Source of the DNA: an uncultured Acidimicrobiales bacterium
Lineage (GTDB): Bacteria; Actinomycetota; Actinomycetes; Mycobacteriales; QHCE01
Direction of reading: 5' to 3'
DNA: 64,000 bases
Assembly: GCA_963736285.1 (NCBI GenBank)
Contig: CAVTOA010000003.1
Location: 80,220 to 144,219 of the forward strand
The notes below the pieces were generated by a model. That model was given only the letters and a program-made list of their open reading frames with translations. It was not told where the DNA came from and ran no database searches. Positions 52,371 to 63,404 of this stretch are shown in pieces. The translations under genes and the position numbers were made by a program. Positions within the stretch are counted from its first letter, which is position 1, and every line of letters begins with the position of its first letter.

Positions 52371-53417
52371 CTACCCCGCCTCGTCCCACTTGGCGTAAGC
52401 GTCCACAATGTCGCTGACAAGCCGATGACGCACCACATCGGCGCTGTTCAGCGTAGCGAAATGGACATCGTCGACACCATCGAGGATCTCGCGCACCACT
52501 CGCAGGCCACTGGTCGTGTTCCCCGGGAGATCGACCTGCGTCACATCGCCGGTCACCACTATTTTGGACCCAAACCCCAGCCGGGTCAGGAACATCTTCA
52601 TCTGCTCGGGAGTGGTGTTCTGTGCCTCGTCCAAAATGATGAATGCGTCATTCAGGGTCCGGCCACGCATATATGCCAGCGGGGCAACCTCGATGGTGCC
52701 CGCCTGCATGAGTCGCGGGATCGACTCAGGGTCGAGCATGTCGTGCAATGCGTCGTACAACGGCCGCAGATATGGGTCGATCTTCTCGTACAGCGTGCCC
52801 GGCAGAAACCCGAGCCGCTCGCCGGCCTCCACGGCGGGGCGAGTCAAGATGATGCGATTGACCTGCTTAGCCTGCAACGCCTGCACCGCTTTGGCCATAG
52901 CTAGGTAGGTTTTGCCGGTACCAGCGGGCCCTATGCCAAAAACCACGGTGTGCTTGTCGATAGCGTCCACATAGCGCTTTTGGTTGAGCGTCTTCGGGCG
53001 AATCGACCGGCCACGACGGGAAATAATGTTGAGAGTGAGCACCTCGGCGGGACGCTCTTTGGCTTCTGTGTCGTGATCGAGCATCTGGATCACTCGCCGC
53101 GCCGCGTCCGGCGTGACCGGCTCACTCTTGCCGATCAATGCCAGCAGTTCATCAAACACCCTTTCGGCAAAGGCGTTATCGGACGGCTGGCCGGTAAGAG
53201 TGATCTCGTTACCGCGCACATGAATATCGCTATGCAACGACGCCTCGACCAGCTTGAGAACGGCGTCACCCGAACCAAACAGACTGACGGCATCGCGATC
53301 GTCAATCACAATGCGCGACTGAGCAACAGCTCCAGTATGGGAATGCTCGGCGCTCGCAGTGGCAGGGACGGCGTCTGTATCTGTGATGTGGGACATAAAG
53401 TGGCCGACTGGCCTCAC
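52371..53417 (-). CDS. phoH: PhoH family protein
   Basis: GPAGTGKT, RPAVEAGE, LAYMRGRT, DEAQN. Confidence 0.93.
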   Translation of the reverse strand: MRPVGHFMSHITDTDAVPATASAEHSHTGAVAQSRIVIDDRDAVSLFGSGDAVLKLVEASLHSDIHVRGNEITLTGQPSDNAFAERVFDELLALIGKSEPVTPDAARRVIQMLDHDTEAKERPAEVLTLNIISRRGRSIRPKTLNQKRYVDAIDKHTVVFGIGPAGTGKTYLAMAKAVQALQAKQVNRIILTRPAVEAGERLGFLPGTLYEKIDPYLRPLYDALHDMLDPESIPRLMQAGTIEVAPLAYMRGRTLNDAFIILDEAQNTTPEQMKMFLTRLGFGSKIVVTGDVTQVDLPGNTTSGLRVVREILDGVDDVHFATLNSADVVRHRLVSDIVDAYAKWDEAG

Positions 53418-53478
53418 TCACTCAGCTTTCGGTCTCGGCGTCTCAATGGGATGCGCTCCATCTTAATCGGGGCCACCG

Positions 53479-53835
53479 TCAGCCGCTCACCATCGGGCCG
53501 AGGCCTCGACCTCCCAGTACGTGGGCATGCACATGAAATACTTCCTGCCCCGCGTCAGCGCCGGTGTTAACCAACACTCGATAGCCGGACTTGTCGACGC
53601 CTTGTGTCTTAGCAACCTCGCCGGCCGTCAGGGCTACCTCACCCACGAGTTCTGGGTCTGCGGCCGCGAGCTCGGCAAGCGTCGGGTAATGCGCCTTAGG
53701 GATGACCAGTACGTGCACCGGCGCCTTGGGATGAATGTCGTGAAAGGCCAGCGTGCGGTCGGTCTCGTGCACGAGCTTGGCCGGAATCTCTCCGGTAACG
53801 ATCCGACAAAACAGACAATCTTCGACATGAGCCAT
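53479..53835 (-). CDS. Histidine triad (HIT) nucleotide-binding protein
   Basis: CLFC, FHDIHP, HVHAH. Confidence 0.93.
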   Translation of the reverse strand: MAHVEDCLFCRIVTGEIPAKLVHETDRTLAFHDIHPKAPVHVLVIPKAHYPTLAELAAADPELVGEVALTAGEVAKTQGVDKSGYRVLVNTGADAGQEVFHVHAHVLGGRGLGPMVSG

Positions 53836-53855
53836 GGCGTGATCCTAGCCCGCGG

Positions 53856-54632
53856 TCAACGACCCCATCGTTGCGTCAACGCACTGACAACCGCGAGCCC
53901 GGCGGCACCCGCCGTCGAAGTACGCAGCACAGTGGGCCCAAGCAGCACCGGCATGGCTCCCGCTGACGAAAACGTGGCGAGCTCATCGTCAGTGATGCCC
54001 CCTTCTGGACCAACCACGAGCGCGATCGTCCCTCCCGTTGCGGGAACACGGCTTGGAATGTCGACGGTGGCCAGCCTCGTGGTTGCCGACTCGTGCAGCA
54101 CTAAAGCGGTGTCGACCGCCGAAAGCGTTTTCGCCACGTCACTGGTGCTCGCGAGTGGTGAAATGTGCGGCCACCACAGACGGCGCGCCTGCTTGGCCGC
54201 GCCATGGGCAATAGAACGCCAACGCATAAGAGCTTTCTCGCCACGTTCGGCCCGCCACTGGGTGACACAGCGCGCCGCGCACCACGGCACGATCTCGTCT
54301 ACGCCCAGCTCCGTCATGAGTTCGACGGCCAGTTCCCCACGGTCGCCCTTGGGGAGCGCCTGCACCACCACCAACCGTGGACAAGCTGGATCGTATTGCT
54401 CCACAGTGGACACATGCAGCTCTAACGAAGCCCCGTCCACGGCTGTGACCTGACACTGGGCAACACCGCCACGGCCATCGGTCAAGCGCAACCGCTCGCC
54501 TGCTCGCATCCGTCGGACGCGAGCAGCGTGGTGCCCCTCGGAACCATCCAAAACCGCTGGCCCCATCACTGGTAGCGGGTCAGCGAAAAAAACCGGGTGG
54601 GCAGACTCAATGACCATTGGCTCAGCGACCAT
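53856..54632 (-). CDS. rsmE: 16S rRNA m3U1498 methyltransferase
   Basis: HAARVRR, TELGV, VGPEGG, LGPTVLRTSTA. Confidence 0.95.
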   Translation of the reverse strand: MVAEPMVIESAHPVFFADPLPVMGPAVLDGSEGHHAARVRRMRAGERLRLTDGRGGVAQCQVTAVDGASLELHVSTVEQYDPACPRLVVVQALPKGDRGELAVELMTELGVDEIVPWCAARCVTQWRAERGEKALMRWRSIAHGAAKQARRLWWPHISPLASTSDVAKTLSAVDTALVLHESATTRLATVDIPSRVPATGGTIALVVGPEGGITDDELATFSSAGAMPVLLGPTVLRTSTAGAAGLAVVSALTQRWGR

Positions 54633-54637
54633 TTGAC

Positions 54638-55775
54638 TCAGTGGCCATTAAAAGCGTCGCGCATCTTCGCGAAAAAGCCGTTCTGACGCAGCGGCTCGGG
54701 GTGCTCCTCATGGCGTAGCCGGGCCAGATCCCGCATGAGCTTTTCCTGCTCCAGGTCCAATTTAGTAGGAGTCTTTACCTCCAGGTGCACGTGGAGATCG
54801 CCACGTCCATTGCCCCGCATGTGTGGCAAGCCCTTGCCACGAACCCGCACGATCGAACCAGGTTGTGTTCCCGCCTTAATCTCGACGTTCTCCTCGCCGT
54901 CCAAGGTCTTCAGGGTGAGCTTGGCTCCGAGCGCGGCCGCGGTCATTGGCAAAGAAATTCGACAATGCAGGTCGTCGCCCTCACGGGTGAACACATCGTG
55001 TGGTTGTTCATGGATCTCGATATAAAGGTCGCCCGCTGGGCCACCGCCAGGGCCCACCTCACCTTCACCGGCGAGCCGAATCCGCATGCCGTCCTCAACT
55101 CCTGACGGCACCGGTCACGGTGATGGTGCGACGTTCCCGTACCCGTCCTTCGCCAGCGCAGTCGCCACACGGGTTAGGGATCGTCGTTCCGTAGCCTTTA
55201 CAAGCAGCGCAGGGACGAGTGGTCATGACCTGACCCAAGAACGAGCGCTGGATCGTTTGAATCTCGCCCTGACCGCCACACGTCTCACACGTCACGGGAG
55301 CCGTCCCCGGTGCGGCGCCGCTGCCACCGCACTTAGTGCATGACACCGCGGTGTCGACGGCGAGCTCTTTGTCGACGCCAAACGCGGCCTCTTCGAGCTC
55401 CAGACTGAGCCGAATCAACGCATCGTTGCCTGGCCGACGGCGTGGCCGCGGGCCTCGTGAGCTCGCCGCTGATCCGCCGAAAAAGGCGTCCATCAGATCT
55501 TGGAATCCCATGGCGAATGGGCCGCCAGGACCGTCAGCTCCACCCATTCCGCCGCCAGGAGCTAGCGGATCACCGCCCAAGTCGACGATCTCGCGCTTAG
55601 CCGGATCGGACAGCACCTCGTAAGCGGCGGATACCTCTTTGAACCGCTCTTGCTCGGTGGGATTGGGATTAACGTCTGGATGTAACTCCCGAGCGAGTTT
55701 GCGATACGCCCGCTTGATTTCTTCACCGGTCGCATCCTTACGCACACCCAAGATGGCGTAATAGTCCTTGGCCAC
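54638..55775 (-). CDS. dnaJ: Chaperone DnaJ with an apparent +1 frameshift near 55112
   Basis: J domain with HPD and four CxxCxGxG repeats; the C-terminal part ([12 protein letters not shown]...) is in an adjacent frame. Confidence 0.9.
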
Positions 55776-55841
55776 GGTTGCCTGTCTCCAGTGGATCTCA
55801 TGACCTCGCACGCAAGGTCGTGACTGTTTATACGTTGTGCA

Positions 55842-56873
55842 CTACGAGCCGGTGAGTAGGTCTCCGACATATCGGGCGACGGCGCGAACCGCACCAATGG
55901 TGCTCGGATAATCCATACGGGTAGGGCCAAGCACGCCCAGCCCGGCGTACACGGTGTCCCCAGCACCGTATCCGGCGCTTACTACAGAGGTGCCACGCAA
56001 CCCCTCGACTTGATTCTCGTCGCCTATCCGCACCCGCAGCGTCTCCGGCACATCCATCTCCCCGATCAACTTGAGCAAAACCATCTGCTCCTCCAGCGCC
56101 TCTAACACCGGACGAATCGTGTTCGGAAAGTCCCAGGTACTGCGGGTCAAGTTAGCCGTGCCCGCCAGCACAATACGTTCTTCTCGCCGCTCCACCAACG
56201 CCTCGAGCAGAACGCTGGACAACGTCGTCAAGGAGGGGCGCAACCTCGGCTCAGCTCCCGCGAGCAGCTCTTCAACCCGCAGCGGCGCATCCACCAATCG
56301 GTGATCGACCAGTGCGGTGTTAATGACAGTGCGCAGCTCCGTCACGTGCTGATCGTCGAGGTCAATGGGGAATTCGACCACCCGCTGCTCCACCCGCCCC
56401 GTGTCAGTGATCAACACCAACAACAGACGATGGGCGGCAACCGGCACCAATTCGAGATGCCGGACCCGGCTTCGGGTCAAGCTGGGGTATTGCACCACCG
56501 CTACTTGGCGCGTGAGTTGAGCGAGTAGCCGGACAGTGGAACTCACCACATCGTCAAGGTCGACAGCGCGTTCCAGGAACTGGTGAATCGCCCTGCGTTC
56601 GGCGGACGAGAGCGGCTTGATGGTCGCGAGTCGATCGACAAAAAGGCGATAACCCTTGTTGGTCGGCACACGCCCAGCACTGGTGTGCGGCTGAGCGATG
56701 TAGCCCTCTTCCTCCAACGCGGCCATGTCGTTGCGGATGGTCGCGGGTGAAACGCCGAGCCGGTGCCGTTCTGCCAGCGTCTTAGAGCCAATGGGCTCAT
56801 TGGTGGAGACGTAGTCCTCGATGATCGCACGCAAAATCTCCAACTTGCGCTCGTCTAACGACTCGCTCGCCAC
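55842..56873 (-). CDS. hrcA: Heat-inducible transcription repressor HrcA
   Basis: [26 protein letters not shown]. Confidence 0.97.
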   Translation of the reverse strand: MASESLDERKLEILRAIIEDYVSTNEPIGSKTLAERHRLGVSPATIRNDMAALEEEGYIAQPHTSAGRVPTNKGYRLFVDRLATIKPLSSAERRAIHQFLERAVDLDDVVSSTVRLLAQLTRQVAVVQYPSLTRSRVRHLELVPVAAHRLLLVLITDTGRVEQRVVEFPIDLDDQHVTELRTVINTALVDHRLVDAPLRVEELLAGAEPRLRPSLTTLSSVLLEALVERREERIVLAGTANLTRSTWDFPNTIRPVLEALEEQMVLLKLIGEMDVPETLRVRIGDENQVEGLRGTSVVSAGYGAGDTVYAGLGVLGPTRMDYPSTIGAVRAVARYVGDLLTGS

Positions 56874-56939
56874 GTCTCACCCCTCACCCTCATTGTTGGC
56901 TAACACCGAAGCTGACCTGGGCGGTTCAGCCTTTGCGTA

Positions 56940-56966
56940 TTGGCACTCACATCTGCTGAGTGCCAA
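56940..56966. promoter_or_regulatory. CIRCE element (HrcA operator)
   Basis: TTGGCACTC-ACATCTGCT-GAGTGCCAA (9-N9-9 inverted repeat) upstream of hrcA-dnaJ. Confidence 0.92.
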
Positions 56967-57101
56967 GCATACTTGCCCGCTTGAGGAATGCCGGCATTCC
57001 GTGCTCGCACCGCCATGTCAGTCGATTACTTGGACTACCACTAGAGAAGAGGAAGTCGGCATGATTAGCTCCACATTCTGGCTCTTAACCCGCGGCTGGT
57101 A

Positions 57102-58373
57102 TTAAAAAACCAGGTCGCGGACCACGGCGTCGGCGAGGAGCCGGCCCCGCAATGTGAGGACCGCTCGCCCGGCGGCATGCGCGGCTGGGTCGAGTCGTCC
57201 ACTGTGGACCGCGGTTGCCGCGGCGGCCCGGCCAGCATCGTCCAAACGCGACAGCGGCAATCCTTCTGTAAGGCGTAATCGAAGCATCACCTCTTCCAAG
57301 GTCGCAGCTTCCGGCCCTACAGTCTCGCGCGCTTGCGCGGGCGACACCCCCCGCTGTAGTCGCTCCGCATAGGCATGGGGATGTTTGACGTTCCACCACC
57401 TAACGCCGCCCACATGGCTATGCGCGCCGGGGCCGAAACCCCACCAGTTCTCCCCGCGCCAATACAACTCGTTGTGACGGCAGCGATGCCGCGGCGCGCG
57501 TGCCCAATTAGAGACCTCGTACCAGCGCAGCCCCGCCTCGGTCAGCATTTTCTCTGCGATGAGATAGCGATCTGCCAACACGTCATCGTCCGGGGCGGGC
57601 ACCAGACCGCGGGATACGCTCCGGCCGAACCGGGTGCCGTCCTCCACGATTAACGAATAAGCCGAGACATGGTCCACATCGGACTCAATTGCTGCTGCTA
57701 ACGACGCGCGCCAATCGTCGTCGCTTTCACCAGGTGTGCCATAGATCAGATCGAGGTTGATCGAAGAAAACCCAGCCGCGCGTGCCTCGGCGACCGCCTG
57801 CTGCGCTCGCCCAGGCGTGTGCTGCCGTTCTAACACGGCTAACACATGGCTACGAGCGGACTGCATCCCCAACGAGATGCGGTTAATCCCGGCATCTCGT
57901 AGCTGCCGCAAACTGGTTGGCGAAACGCTCTCGGGGTTGGCTTCGGTAGTGATCTCCGCGTCTGGCGCCACCCCAAATGTCTGGCGCAACGCTGTCATGA
58001 TGCGCTCGAACGCGGACGCCGGTAAGAGTGTGGGCGTGCCCCCGCCGAAAAAAACGGTCTGGAGCGGCGGGCTGGCGTCGGGATGTTCCGTGAGCACACG
58101 GCCCGCGAACGCGATCTCGGCAACTAAGGCGTCCACATAATCGGCGGCGTCTGTGGTCAGCTGCGGTTCACTTGGCCGGGCCGATGGCGATGGCGGTTGA
58201 CGTCTCAGCTCACTCGGCGTGTAGGTGTTGAAATCGCAATACCCGCACCGTGACGCACAAAACGGCACATGGATGTATGCACCAAGCCCGCGCGTTGCTA
58301 CATGGACACGGGACGCGGCCGGCAACTCGCCGCTTGGGGGAGCTGGCTCGCCTCCAGGGAGTTTGCCAGGCAT
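57102..58373 (-). CDS. hemW: Radical SAM heme chaperone HemW
   Basis: YIHVPFCASRCGYCDF, GGGTP, HNELYW; start set at MPGKLP. Confidence 0.92.
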   Translation of the reverse strand: MPGKLPGGEPAPPSGELPAASRVHVATRGLGAYIHVPFCASRCGYCDFNTYTPSELRRQPPSPSARPSEPQLTTDAADYVDALVAEIAFAGRVLTEHPDASPPLQTVFFGGGTPTLLPASAFERIMTALRQTFGVAPDAEITTEANPESVSPTSLRQLRDAGINRISLGMQSARSHVLAVLERQHTPGRAQQAVAEARAAGFSSINLDLIYGTPGESDDDWRASLAAAIESDVDHVSAYSLIVEDGTRFGRSVSRGLVPAPDDDVLADRYLIAEKMLTEAGLRWYEVSNWARAPRHRCRHNELYWRGENWWGFGPGAHSHVGGVRWWNVKHPHAYAERLQRGVSPAQARETVGPEAATLEEVMLRLRLTEGLPLSRLDDAGRAAAATAVHSGRLDPAAHAAGRAVLTLRGRLLADAVVRDLVF

Positions 58374-58430
58374 ATCGCTAGTGTGGCGGATGCTCAGTAG
58401 AGGCAATGAGGCGGGCGAACCCTCGCCTCC

Positions 58431-58485
58431 TTTTTGCGGATTGCCCGCAACTTTGGCACACATTATTGCGGGCAATCCGCAAAAA
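58431..58485. repeat. Palindromic element copy 2 (20-bp arms)
   Basis: TTTTTGCGGATTGCCCGCAA-N15-TTGCGGGCAATCCGCAAAAA, lying between two divergent genes. Confidence 0.85.
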
Positions 58486-58509
58486 AGGGAGACGGTGAGA
58501 GGAGCGGCT

Positions 58510-59427
58510 ATGTCGCCGCAAGAGAGCCATCAAGAACACGGCAGCAGCGGCGTCAGACCACCGAACGCGGCACAGACCGTGCGCTATGAGGTTGCGGAGA
58601 GCGTCGCCACTGTGACCCTCGATCGACCGGCAAAACGTAATGCGCTGTCTACGGAGCTCATCAATGCGCTTACAAACGCGTTCCGCCAGGCAATCGATGA
58701 CCCCTCTGTGAGCGTCATCGTCCTCACCCACACAGGTACGGTTTTCAGTGCTGGCGCCGACCTGTCGGAATCTGTCCGGGAGACCGCGTCAGTCTCGGAT
58801 ACAGATCACAATTCCACGCGGCTGCCCGTCCAGCTACTTCCCGACCTACTCGAGCTGATGTGGACCGCACCGAAGCCCGTAGTCGTGCGAGTCAACGGGG
58901 CGGTTCGGGGTGGCGGCATGGGGCTTGTGGCCGCCGCCGACCTCGCCATCGCCAGCACCGATTCCACCTTTGGGTTTAATGAGGTGCGGTTGGGCGTCAT
59001 TCCTGCCAGCATCGCGCCCATAGTGCTTGCGCGCGCGCAGCCCCATGCCCTCGCCGAATGGTTCTTGACGGGTGACATTTTCGACGCGCCTACGGCAGCG
59101 CACGGCGGGCTCATCACCAGAGCGGTCCCTGTCGACGCGCTCGATGAGACGATGGAACGGTATATCGCCTCACTGAAAGCAGGAGGACCATTGGCACTTG
59201 CCGCCATAAAACGGCTCCTCCGTCACGCCGGAATAACGTCGCTTACCGCGTCACCTACTGCTGCGGAGGGACCAACTGGAAGCCCTCAGCCGCATACAAT
59301 GGGCGAGGCGCTCCGAGCTGGGGCACAAGAGTCGGCCCGTTACTTCATGTCCCCCGAAGCACGCGAAGGAATCGCCGCAAGAATGGCGCACCGCAACCCA
59401 AGCTGGATGCCCCCCGGCCTACCCTAG
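58510..59427 (+). CDS. Enoyl-CoA hydratase/isomerase family protein
   Basis: RPAKRNAL, FSAGADL, GGGMGL, EVRLGVIP; GAGGAG RBS. Confidence 0.92.
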   Translation: MSPQESHQEHGSSGVRPPNAAQTVRYEVAESVATVTLDRPAKRNALSTELINALTNAFRQAIDDPSVSVIVLTHTGTVFSAGADLSESVRETASVSDTDHNSTRLPVQLLPDLLELMWTAPKPVVVRVNGAVRGGGMGLVAAADLAIASTDSTFGFNEVRLGVIPASIAPIVLARAQPHALAEWFLTGDIFDAPTAAHGGLITRAVPVDALDETMERYIASLKAGGPLALAAIKRLLRHAGITSLTASPTAAEGPTGSPQPHTMGEALRAGAQESARYFMSPEAREGIAARMAHRNPSWMPPGLP

Positions 59428-59484
59428 AACCGACATACCCTAGAACGATTACCGGAGAAATCCCACGTCGAAAGTTGTCCACTG

Positions 59485-60384
59485 ATGCCAGCTACCGCGT
59501 CGGCGGCGCGACACCGCGGGCCGGCAGCACCGCCCGCACCACGGTCGACGCTGCGTAAGCTACGCACCGCTGCCATCACGGCCGGCATTTGCATTGTTGT
59601 GGGGGCACTCGGTTTCTATGCACTGGCCCGTTATGTCAACCTACCGCTGCCATTCATCTCCGATACTTGTCGCATCTACGGTGATGGTGAGTCGGTCAAA
59701 ATTAAACCCAGCCAACTTGAGCAGGCTGCCACAATCACCGCTGTCGGCGCGAGAATGGGCATAGGCGAAGACGGAATAGCCGTCGCTCTCGCCACCGCCT
59801 ACCAAGAGTCCAAACTGGAGAACCTTTCCAGCGGAGATCGCGACTCGGTCGGATTGTTCCAACAACGTCCCTCACAGGGGTGGGGCACAGTCGAACAACT
59901 ACACGATCCGCGCTTCGCCTCGGAGCGGTTTTTTGAGGAGCTCCTCAACATTCAAGGCTGGCAAGAGATGCGCATCACCGAAGCCGCGCAGGCAGTGCAA
60001 CGCAGCGCGCACCCGGAGGCGTATCAGCAATGGGCGGCGCAAGCCCAGACATCTGCCGCTGGTCTATACGGCGGAGAAAAGAGCGCTGTTACCTGCAAAC
60101 TTCGCCGATCCGGAGGAATGAGCGGCGAGAAAGCCGCCGACAGTCTCCGGCAAGAGTTCGCCCTCGACCACTCGTCCATGGCGACCGCAAAATCCCAAGA
60201 CGGTGACGCGTCCGTACTCACCGCCGCTGTGCCCGCCGCATCGGTCGAGAGCCGCCCGGTGAGCGGATGGCGAGCCGCGCATTGGTTCGTCGCCCACTCT
60301 CGCCATTACGGCGTCCGCCAGGTCACCTATGAGGGTTCTACCTGGAAAGCCACACTGGGAAATGGCAGTCGCATCTTCGAGTAA
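59485..60384 (+). CDS. Membrane-anchored protein with a lysozyme-like domain
   Basis: N-terminal TM; 'TAYQESKLENL..GDRDSVGLFQQRPSQGWG', 'AQAVQRSA'. Confidence 0.7.
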   Translation: MPATASAARHRGPAAPPAPRSTLRKLRTAAITAGICIVVGALGFYALARYVNLPLPFISDTCRIYGDGESVKIKPSQLEQAATITAVGARMGIGEDGIAVALATAYQESKLENLSSGDRDSVGLFQQRPSQGWGTVEQLHDPRFASERFFEELLNIQGWQEMRITEAAQAVQRSAHPEAYQQWAAQAQTSAAGLYGGEKSAVTCKLRRSGGMSGEKAADSLRQEFALDHSSMATAKSQDGDASVLTAAVPAASVESRPVSGWRAAHWFVAHSRHYGVRQVTYEGSTWKATLGNGSRIFE

Positions 60385-60401
60385 TGACGATAAAATAGTG
60401 G

Positions 60402-62306
60402 TTACTTTCGCGCCCTAGACCCAGCTATTATTAGTGTTTTGCTATTTTTTCCCGAGTCTTTTCCTGTCTGCTCATCAGAATTGGAAAGAGCGGCAATAAA
60501 CGCTTCTTGTGGGACTTCCACTCGTCCCACCATTTTCATTCGCTTTTTGCCTTCTTTTTGCTTCTCTAGCAATTTTCGCTTCCGTGAGATATCGCCGCCA
60601 TAGCACTTGGCTAGCACATCTTTTCTAATAGCGCGAATGTTTTCGCGCGCAATGACACGGGAGCCCACCGCTGCTTGGATAGGAACTTCGAACTGCTGCC
60701 GCGGTATCAATTCGCGCAGCTTTTGAGTGAGCTGAACCCCATAGGCATAGGACTTGTCTTTGTGCACGATCGCCGAGAACGCGTCTACCGTCTCGCCTTG
60801 CAGCAATATATCGACTTTAACCAGGTCGGCGGCCTGCTCGCCTATGGGCTCGTAATCCAGCGACGCATAGCCCTTGGTACGGCTCTTCAGCTGGTCGAAA
60901 AAGTCAAAGATGATTTCTGCCAGCGGAATGCTATAGCGCAGTTCCACCCGGTCCTGCGATAAATAGTCCATTCCCAACAGCGAACCGCGTCGGGATTGGC
61001 ATAGATCCATGACGGCACCCACAAAATCGTTAGGCGTCAATACAGTTGTGCGCACCATTGGCTCGTACACCGTGGCTATTTTCCCTGAGGGGAATTCACT
61101 TGGGTTAGTGACTACGTGTTCAGAATTGTCCTCCATGATCACGCGGTAAACGACATTTGGTGCGGTAGCAATAAGGTCTATGCCGAATTCTCGCTCGAGT
61201 CTTTCACTAATGATTTCTAAATGCAGCAAGCCCAAAAAGCCGCAGCGGAAGCCAAAGCCCAAGGCAGCTGAGGTCTCCGGCTCGTACACCAGCGCGGCAT
61301 CGTTGAGGCGCAATTTATCCAACGCTTCTCGCAGATTTGGATACTCCGAACCATCGATGGGATACAAGCCAGAAAAAACCATGGGCTTAGCGTCGCCGTA
61401 TCCAGGCAAGGCTTCCGTCGCGCGCTTCACCGCATTGGTCACGGTGTCGCCCACTTTGGACTGTCGGACATCCTTCACGCCGGTGATTAAGTAGCCCACC
61501 TCACCAACACCAATCGCTGCGGATGGCGTGGGCTCAGGCGAGATAACACCCAGCTCTAACAGCTCGTGCGTGGCCTCCGTGGACATCATCAGGATTTTTT
61601 CGCGCGCGTTCAGGCGCCCGTCCATAACACGGACATAGGTGATCACACCCCGGTACGTGTCATACACCGAGTCAAAGATCATCGCCCGAGCCGGAGCCGC
61701 CGGATCGCCCGTGGGCGCCGGAACCTGCCGTACGATCTCGTCCAACAGTTCTTCCACGCCGGCGCCAGTTTTGCCAGACACGCGCAAACAGTCCGACGGT
61801 TCGCAGCCGATTAAATGTGCTAGCTCTTCCGCATACTTTTCTGGCTGGGCCGCCGGAAGATCGATCTTGTTAAGCACTGGAATGATTTTTAGATCGTTTT
61901 CTAGCGCCAAATACAAATTTGCTAACGTCTGCGCCTCAATACCCTGGGCGGCATCGACCAACAAGATCGCACCCTCCGACGCCGCCAGCGAACGCGAAAC
62001 CTCATAGGTGAAGTCCACATGGCCTGGAGTATCGATCATGTTGAGCACAAAAGACTGACCAATGCTCTCGCCAGCGGCCGCTGTCCACGGCATGCGGACA
62101 GCCTGCGACTTAATGGTGATACCGCGCTCGCGCTCGATATCCATTCTGTCCAAATATTGGGCACGCATCTCCCTGTCAGAGACGACGCCGGTCTTTTGCA
62201 GCATGCGGTCAGCCAAGGTCGACTTGCCATGGTCGATATGAGCGATGATGCAGAAGTTACGGATAAGAGCCGGGTCGGTACTACCGGGCTGCGAGATCGG
62301 GGGCAC
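60402..62306 (-). CDS. lepA: Elongation factor 4
   Basis: [48 protein letters not shown]. Confidence 0.97.
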   Translation of the reverse strand: MPPISQPGSTDPALIRNFCIIAHIDHGKSTLADRMLQKTGVVSDREMRAQYLDRMDIERERGITIKSQAVRMPWTAAAGESIGQSFVLNMIDTPGHVDFTYEVSRSLAASEGAILLVDAAQGIEAQTLANLYLALENDLKIIPVLNKIDLPAAQPEKYAEELAHLIGCEPSDCLRVSGKTGAGVEELLDEIVRQVPAPTGDPAAPARAMIFDSVYDTYRGVITYVRVMDGRLNAREKILMMSTEATHELLELGVISPEPTPSAAIGVGEVGYLITGVKDVRQSKVGDTVTNAVKRATEALPGYGDAKPMVFSGLYPIDGSEYPNLREALDKLRLNDAALVYEPETSAALGFGFRCGFLGLLHLEIISERLEREFGIDLIATAPNVVYRVIMEDNSEHVVTNPSEFPSGKIATVYEPMVRTTVLTPNDFVGAVMDLCQSRRGSLLGMDYLSQDRVELRYSIPLAEIIFDFFDQLKSRTKGYASLDYEPIGEQAADLVKVDILLQGETVDAFSAIVHKDKSYAYGVQLTQKLRELIPRQQFEVPIQAAVGSRVIARENIRAIRKDVLAKCYGGDISRKRKLLEKQKEGKKRMKMVGRVEVPQEAFIAALSNSDEQTGKDSGKNSKTLIIAGSRARK

Positions 62307-62579
62307 GCGAGCGTCCCTCTCCTTGCGTAAGTGTGGTGGGCGCGGATCAGTTGGTACTGGTCACTGGTTTTGGTTCGCTAGTTGCGCCTAATAGTCGCAT
62401 CCCCACAAGAACGTCTGAGCAACTGCCACCGGAGTTATCCAGACCGACTTTTATGGCCGGGCAGACCGCTGATAAGCTGCTGCCTTGTTTGCTGGCAAAA
62501 TGTTCTACTCAGCATCTGCGCCGAGTCGGCATTAAGTCGGCAGTGAACACCCCAGTTCCCAGACTATTAAGGCTTACGC

Positions 62580-62849
62580 GTGGCAAACATCAAGTCTCAG
62601 ATCAAGCGCAACCGGCAGAACGAGAAGCATCGCCTGCGCAACAAGTCGGTCAAGTCCTCGCTGAAGACCGCTGTCCGTAAATTCCACGAGGCTGTCGAAG
62701 CTGGCGATGCCAGCGCCGCAGAGCTGAAGCGAGCAGCCTCGCGCGCTCTCGACAAGGCTGCGAGCAAGGGCGTCATTCACAAGAACCAGGCAGCCAACAA
62801 GAAGTCCGCACTGGCGAACCGGCTGAACAGCCTCGAAAACGCCAACTAA
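62580..62849 (+). CDS. rpsT: 30S ribosomal protein S20
   Basis: [10 protein letters not shown]...[14 protein letters not shown]. Confidence 0.97.
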   Translation: MANIKSQIKRNRQNEKHRLRNKSVKSSLKTAVRKFHEAVEAGDASAAELKRAASRALDKAASKGVIHKNQAANKKSALANRLNSLENAN

Positions 62850-62875
62850 GACTCTCTCGCGTTTAGACAAACTTT

Positions 62876-62924
62876 CGCAGTAGTCGGGTTCTGACAGAAG
62901 AACAGAACCCGACTACTGCGTTTT
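62876..62924 (+). terminator. Intrinsic terminator after rpsT
   Basis: CGCAGTAGTCGGGTTCTG-N9-CAGAACCCGACTACTGCG followed by TTTT. Confidence 0.85.
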
Positions 62925-63017
62925 CTGCTCTGTGCCCCTAGTGCACGGCTCTATCGCACGGGCGCGGATACCCCTAGCTTGAGGCACTCGAGGCACAGAA
63001 AGCCCCTCGGAGTAGAA

Positions 63018-63404
63018 CTAAGTCCGTTTACCCTGGTGCTCATAACGGGCGAGTAGCCCCGCCACCACGTCGTTCAATTTGACCATGCCAGCGGTGATGA
63101 CCGGGATGGCTAGCATCCCCCACCAGCTGACGAGTCCCGTAAGCGCCAAGAAAAAACTCAACGCCACCGCGCCCATCGAAAAGAAGAAACACAGAACCCG
63201 CCCCGGATTGATGTGAGATAGGCGCAGCATCCGCGCGTAGAAAGGCTGGGGCGGAACCACCGGCTCAGCAACTCCTTCCCCGTTTGCCAGGCGCGAGTGC
63301 GCGGGAAGGCCGACATCTCTGTCTGAGTGTGCGCGAGGGGCGGGCACAGGCGCAGCCACGTCATAATTCGAATTGTGTGCGGTCGCGGAATGTCGTCCCA
63401 TCAT
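63018..63404 (-). CDS. Small two-TM hypothetical protein
   Basis: Start overlaps the holA stop; 'YARMLRL..I.PG', two hydrophobic helices, MVKLND. Confidence 0.6.
   Translation of the reverse strand: MMGRHSATAHNSNYDVAAPVPAPRAHSDRDVGLPAHSRLANGEGVAEPVVPPQPFYARMLRLSHINPGRVLCFFFSMGAVALSFFLALTGLVSWWGMLAIPVITAGMVKLNDVVAGLLARYEHQGKRT

Noticed and set aside
57061-57105. 14-codon ORF MISSTFWLLTRGWY with a purine-rich upstream sequence, possible leader peptide
   Set aside because: It points into the hemW stop rather than towards a downstream operon, and no attenuator is visible.
60402-60480. Unusual AT-rich C-terminal extension of LepA
   Set aside because: LepA tails are variable, and this one cannot be distinguished from a drifted stop codon.
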